Part shown: positions 28,701-32,000 of the stretch, piece by piece
Layout: each line of letters begins with the position of its first letter
How positions within the stretch are numbered: the first letter of the stretch is position 1
Origin: Longivirga aurantiaca
GTDB lineage: Bacteria > Actinomycetota > Actinomycetes > S36-B12 > CAIYMF01
Length of the DNA stretch: 32,000 nt
Direction: 5' to 3'
Assembly (NCBI RefSeq): GCF_042660085.1
Contig: NZ_JBHSTI010000002.1
Location: 600,001-632,000, forward strand
Translations under genes and position numbers: made by a program
Notes under the pieces: model-generated
Seen by the model: only the letters and a program-made list of their open reading frames with translations
Database searches by the model: none
What the model was told of the DNA's origin: nothing

Positions 28701-30399
28701 CCGCACGCTCGGCACCGCGGCCTCGGTCACCATCCGGTGGGAGGGCACGCGCGACCCCGGTGGCGCCGGCACGACGCCGACCGTGCTCAACGTCGTGCCC
28801 GAGAAGCAGGCGAACTTCGCCTCCGAGGGCCACCGCTACCGCTACGGCACCGTGATCGTCCAGTCGGCGAGCGCCGGCACGTTCCAGGTCAACAACCGGG
28901 TGCGGATCCACGACGAGTACCTGCTCGGCATCGCCGAGGTCTCCAACTCCTGGCCGGCGGCGTCGCTGCAGGCGCAGGTGCTGGCCGCGCGCAGCTACGT
29001 CCTCAGCAAGGCGGGCACGCTGCGCAGCGCCTGCCTCTGCCACGTGGACGACGGCGGCGGCCCCTACTACGACCAGACCTTCGCCGGCTGGATCAAGGAG
29101 TCGGGCGCGCTCGGCCAGAACTGGCGCGACGCCGTCAAGGCCACCTACGCCAACACCACGGTGGCCGGCGAGACGGTGCTGCGAGGCAAGGCGATCCTGT
29201 CCGGCGGGCAGCCGATCACGGCGTTCTACTACGCGGCGTCCGGCGGCCGCACCCAGAGCTCGGCCGACGTGTGGGGAGGCGTCCTCCCGTGGGCGCAGAG
29301 CGTCGACGACCACTGGAGCCTCGACGCGTCCGTGCCGTGGTCGCAGTGGATCCCGCGCGAGCGCACCCAGGCCCAGGTGGCCGCCGCGTTCGGCCTCCCC
29401 GACGTCATGCGCATCGACCTCTCGGCCCGCACCGCCGGCGACGGCGTCAGGACCGCGATCGCCTGGTCGTCATCGGGCGCCTCGGCCACGATCAGCGGCG
29501 AGTCGCTGCGCACGCGCCTGTCGCTGCCCGGCACCTGGGTCAGCCGCGTCGCCGACGTCCGCTCCGGCGACGCTGCCACGATCGCGGTGCGCACCGCGCA
29601 GAAGTCGTCGTCCGAGACCGTCGTCCTCGCGCCGATCGCCGACCCCGCCTCGGTCGCCGTCGCCGGCAACCTGGCCGCGCAGGAGGGCTGGGCGCTCCTG
29701 CTCACCACCTCGGACGCGCTCAGCGCCGTCACGCGCACCGAGCTCGCTCGCCGTACTCCCACCACGGTGTACGCCGTCGGCACGCCGACCGACCTGCCCG
29801 CGGCCCTCGTCTCCGACGTCGGTGCCATGGCCGGCGTCGGCACCGTCACCCGCGTCACCGGCACCAACGCCACCGGCGTCTCGGTCAACGCCGCCAAGCT
29901 GCTGGCCCCGGCCACCGGTGCGGTCGCGGTCGTCGTCGGCGAGACCGACCTCGGGTCGCTCGCCGTCGGGTCCGGCGCCGCGCGCGCCAAGAAGGGCCCG
30001 CTCCTCGTCGTGCCCGGCGGGGCGGCGCCGTCCACCTCGGTGCCGGCGTACCTCGACGCCCTCGCGCCGAAGGCCACGGTGGTCATCGGGTCGACCGACG
30101 CCGTCGCCGACAGCGTGGCCGCCACGCTGCCCCAGGTGAGCCGCCTCGCAGGCGCCGACGCCGTCGAGACCGCGAGCAAGGCCGCCACCTGGGCCGGCTC
30201 GGCCAACGCCCGTCTGGTGGTGCTGGGCAAGGCCCTGGCACCGGTCAGCGCCGTCGCGCTCGCCCCGGGCGCGGTCGTGCTCGTGGTCGACACCAGCGTC
30301 GCGACCTCGACCAAGGTCGTGCTCCAGCGCGGTGTCGCCACGATCGTGGCCGGGCCGAACATGCCCGACGCGCTCGTGACGACGGCGCGGCGTCTCTAG
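25702..30399 (+). CDS. Large secreted N-acetylmuramoyl-L-alanine amidase fused to a SpoIID/LytB domain and cell-wall-binding-repeat-like segments
   Basis: Signal peptide from ATG 25702; amidase_2/PGRP motifs FVHHTAS, YNFFVDRFGRLYEGRAGG, ISGHRDIGLTACPG; SpoIID motifs GYGHGVGMSQYGARGMA and WPAASLQAQVLAARSYVL; two ~250-300 aa regions with repeated VVGTSTQVSSAVITQLRSLG-type units. Confidence 0.92.
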   Translation: MRRVAASVAVLLAVPALIALPVVTGPQAQIRPVTPTVAHLALTGVDPVALATSRAPDPEHDHGHDAIDDGAAPDAPATEAAHDEAAHDEAAHDDAAPAKVAATQAPHAEEPEPGPAVPLEPAAVTPPTDTAPFSLVAVSWTGEAPAGTTVQVRVREKDGVWTDWQELGSGAEHGPDPGTAEAEAAGLRHGTDPLLTAGGSDGVQVRIDSPGGVLPADASVSLVDPKTSEADVLAASTPPATAVAAGDPLKPSIITRAQWGADESLRGSAPVYTGPIKVGFVHHTASTNNYTADTAAAQVRALYAYFTLSLGYSDIAYNFFVDRFGRLYEGRAGGMDKNVLGGHTAGFNQNTFAVSALGNFDIYKPTSNEGTAMATAMARLLAWKLALNHADPSGTASLVSNSGAGTSKYEPGQTAVVPVISGHRDIGLTACPGQYLESYLPSIRTQAKAFMGTQLLNPALAPSVSPYAGTGGSISTRATGAVSWKLEVFSPCLATPIRTVTGSLASAGTVTATWNQRRADGSAAPPGTYRMVLSATAGDGVPYPVSKTFVVTETATSPLGPCTQVARVAESERYAAAVRVGRIAAPSSKVVVLAPGSDAYEPEALVAAPLAAAKKAPLLLTGTASVPAAVVTEIKRRGATTAYVVGTSTQVSSAVITQLRSLGVTTITRLSGTTRSATATAVAGAMGQRTKAVVVSFSSGSSSDVNAAASAAAASLDRPLLVVAPTSAPAVTLAAMKTLGITSTTVVGSSTAISAAVVTAVKGTRVTGSDAAATSVALLAALAPSATKVSALPTGSGYGRAVAAGARRPLVLGAGGTAGIARWLTTATAVHVLAVAPTAVWADSALTPMVTSITSRTAAPAPTPTPTTTPAPATAAATTVTPSVPTGFVFNGAGYGHGVGMSQYGARGMALEGKTATEIVTHYYTGTTVTPVKDDAAIRVNLLHRATKALFRTEALTTGGGGIEVTLAGQDPELGTSADIFSVVQAGSSVTVIKTRGTATRTLGTAASVTIRWEGTRDPGGAGTTPTVLNVVPEKQANFASEGHRYRYGTVIVQSASAGTFQVNNRVRIHDEYLLGIAEVSNSWPAASLQAQVLAARSYVLSKAGTLRSACLCHVDDGGGPYYDQTFAGWIKESGALGQNWRDAVKATYANTTVAGETVLRGKAILSGGQPITAFYYAASGGRTQSSADVWGGVLPWAQSVDDHWSLDASVPWSQWIPRERTQAQVAAAFGLPDVMRIDLSARTAGDGVRTAIAWSSSGASATISGESLRTRLSLPGTWVSRVADVRSGDAATIAVRTAQKSSSETVVLAPIADPASVAVAGNLAAQEGWALLLTTSDALSAVTRTELARRTPTTVYAVGTPTDLPAALVSDVGAMAGVGTVTRVTGTNATGVSVNAAKLLAPATGAVAVVVGETDLGSLAVGSGAARAKKGPLLVVPGGAAPSTSVPAYLDALAPKATVVIGSTDAVADSVAATLPQVSRLAGADAVETASKAATWAGSANARLVVLGKALAPVSAVALAPGAVVLVVDTSVATSTKVVLQRGVATIVAGPNMPDALVTTARRL
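25936..25980 (+). repeat. Three perfect tandem copies of a 15-bp unit encoding EAAHD
   Basis: GAGGCAGCGCACGAC x3, in frame inside the amidase gene. Confidence 0.95.
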
Positions 30400-30427
30400 A
30401 TCAGCGGCGTCCCTGGATCAACAGCCT

Positions 30428-31159
30428 CTAGGCGAGCACGGCTCCGCAGCCCTCGCGGTCGGCCACGTCCGACGCGTCGGCGGCAGGGTCCGTCAGCAGC
30501 ACCACCGCGACATCCGCGGCGAGCGGCAGGGCGATCAGGGCGAGCGCGGCTGCCGGGAGCGCTGCGGTGACGAGCACCCGCGAGCCCGGGGCGGCGCCGA
30601 GGTCCGCCGCGAGCGCGAGCGCCTCGGCGAGCGCCTCGGCCTGGGTCAGCGTGCGGTCGCCGTACCTCAGCCACGCGTCGTCGCCCCGCACCGTGCGGTA
30701 CGCCGAGAAGCGGTCGCCGTGGCCGCGCACCTCGATCGCGGCGTCGAGCACGCCCGCGGGCAACGGCTCGCGGAACGGCATGCCGAGCGGGTGCAGCGCG
30801 GTCCCCAGGGTGAGCGGCGCGCGCTCGGTGCCGAGGTCGTCCGGGCCGAGCACCGCCACCTCGACGCCGGGATCCTCGACCGGGCCGCCGATCCAGGCGA
30901 TCCCGCCCACCAGCGCCGCCGCTCCGAGCCAGACGCTGGTCTGCCAGTGCACCGGCAGACGCAGCGACACCGCCGAGCCGGGCTGGAGGTCGGCGTCGTC
31001 GCGCAGCAGGTTGGCCGCCTTGGCGATGTTGTTCTCGTACGTGCGCACCGAGAGCTCGGTGCGGGCGCCGTCGGGGCCGAGATGGGTGACGAGGGGACGG
31101 GCGGGATCGCGCGCGAGCAGCGCGGCAAGGGCGACGGGCACGGTCACGGGCGCGGTCAC
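30428..31159 (-). CDS. TIGR03089-like protein (AMP-ligase-related fragment family)
   Basis: 243 aa from GTG 31159; LVTHLGPDGARTELSVRTYENNIAKAANLL...WQTSVWLGAAALVGGIAWIGGP resembles the short actinobacterial family next to LCP genes. Confidence 0.75.
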   Translation of the reverse strand: MTAPVTVPVALAALLARDPARPLVTHLGPDGARTELSVRTYENNIAKAANLLRDDADLQPGSAVSLRLPVHWQTSVWLGAAALVGGIAWIGGPVEDPGVEVAVLGPDDLGTERAPLTLGTALHPLGMPFREPLPAGVLDAAIEVRGHGDRFSAYRTVRGDDAWLRYGDRTLTQAEALAEALALAADLGAAPGSRVLVTAALPAAALALIALPLAADVAVVLLTDPAADASDVADREGCGAVLA

Positions 31160-31214
31160 GGCATCGAGCCTAGGGCGGCCTGACGGCTGCGCCCGGTGTG
31201 GGAGAGTGGCGATG

Positions 31215-32000
31215 TGCTCGAAGCCGTCCTCCTCGTCGGGGGCCAGGGGACTCGCCTGCGCCCGCTGACCGTCACCACGCCCAAGCCGATGCTGCCCGTC
31301 GCGGGCGTGCCGTGCACCGAGCACCAGATCGCACGCGCCCGCGAGGCGGGCGTCACGCGCGTGGTGCTGGGCACGTCGTACCGGCCCGAGGTGTTCCTCG
31401 ACTACTTCGGCGACGGCTCGCGCTTCGGCGTCGAGCTCGTCTACGCCACCGAGGACGTGCCGCTGGGCACCGGCGGCGCGATCCGCCACGTGGCGCCGCA
31501 CCTGCTGTCCGGCCCGGACGACCCGGTCCTGGTCTTCAACGGCGACATCCTCTCGGGGCACGACATCGCCGGCCAGGTGCAGGCGTGGCGCGACTCGTCG
31601 TCGGACGTGTCGCTCTACCTCACCCGCGTCGAGGACCCGCGCGCCTACGGCCTCGTGCCGACCGACGCCGACGGACGCGTGACGCAGTTCCTCGAGAAGC
31701 CCTCGACGCCCGAGGAGATCGTCACCGACCAGATCAACGCCGGCTGCTACGTCTTCCGCCGCTCGGTGATCGACAGCATCCCCACCGGTCGCCCGGTGTC
31801 CGTGGAGCGCGAGACGTTCCCCGGCCTGCTGGCACGCGGTGCCGTCGTCACCGGCTTCGTCGACGACGGCTACTGGCTCGACCTCGGCACGCCGCTCGCG
31901 TTCGTGCAGGGCTCGTGCGACCTCGTCCTCGGCCGCGCCCCCAGCCCCGCCCTGCCGGGGCGGACCGGCCAGTTCCTCGTGCGCCCGGGCGCCGAGGTGG
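31215..32000 (+). CDS. Sugar-phosphate nucleotidyltransferase (mannose-1-phosphate guanylyltransferase-like), truncated by window end
   Basis: My translation from GTG 31215: VLEAVLLVGGQGTRLRPLTVTTPKPMLPVAGVPCTEHQIARAREAGVTRVVLGTSYRPEVF...; LVFNGDILSGHD, INAGCYVFRRSVID. Open to the end, so missing from the supplied ORF track. Confidence 0.93.

Noticed and set aside
25618-29313. 1231-aa antisense ORF opposite the amidase/SpoIID gene
   Set aside because: Composition is almost only Arg/Gly/Ala/His/Asp, typical of a non-coding frame in high-GC DNA. The + strand frame has clear domain motifs.
27150-30431. 1093-aa + strand ORF in another frame of the same gene
   Set aside because: Arg/His-rich with no recognisable motif, fully overlapping the well-supported 25702-30399 gene.

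Overview
High-GC actinobacterial chromosomal window, mostly conserved housekeeping genes. I see about 25 supportable protein genes and no tRNA, rRNA, CRISPR array or transposase. Left part: LiuR-like MerR regulator divergent from an acyl-CoA carboxylase beta subunit, NUDIX hydrolase, and a Maf - AccE - AccD - BirA - PH-domain block. Next is a same-strand signalling run: class III nucleotide cyclase, GAF-GGDEF-GAF protein, and an OmpR-type response regulator/histidine kinase pair. The middle has GtrA, aldose epimerase, purK-purE, CoA-binding protein, UDP-glucose dehydrogenase, acyl-CoA dehydrogenase, a beta-propeller-like lipoprotein and a GAF-EAL protein. The right part is envelope related: two LytR-CpsA-Psr proteins flanking a GT2 glycosyltransferase, a very large amidase + SpoIID + repeat-domain protein, a TIGR03089-like protein and a partial sugar-nucleotidyltransferase running off the end. 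I did not find a clearly new biological system. The best leads are the ATGA-coupled signalling run, the ~1565-aa dual wall-hydrolase protein with permuted SpoIID motif order, an unusually long AT-richer palindrome after purE, and a small 64-aa ORF with a structured leader and GCAAC repeat cluster. Domain and family calls come from motif recognition by eye, not database searches.
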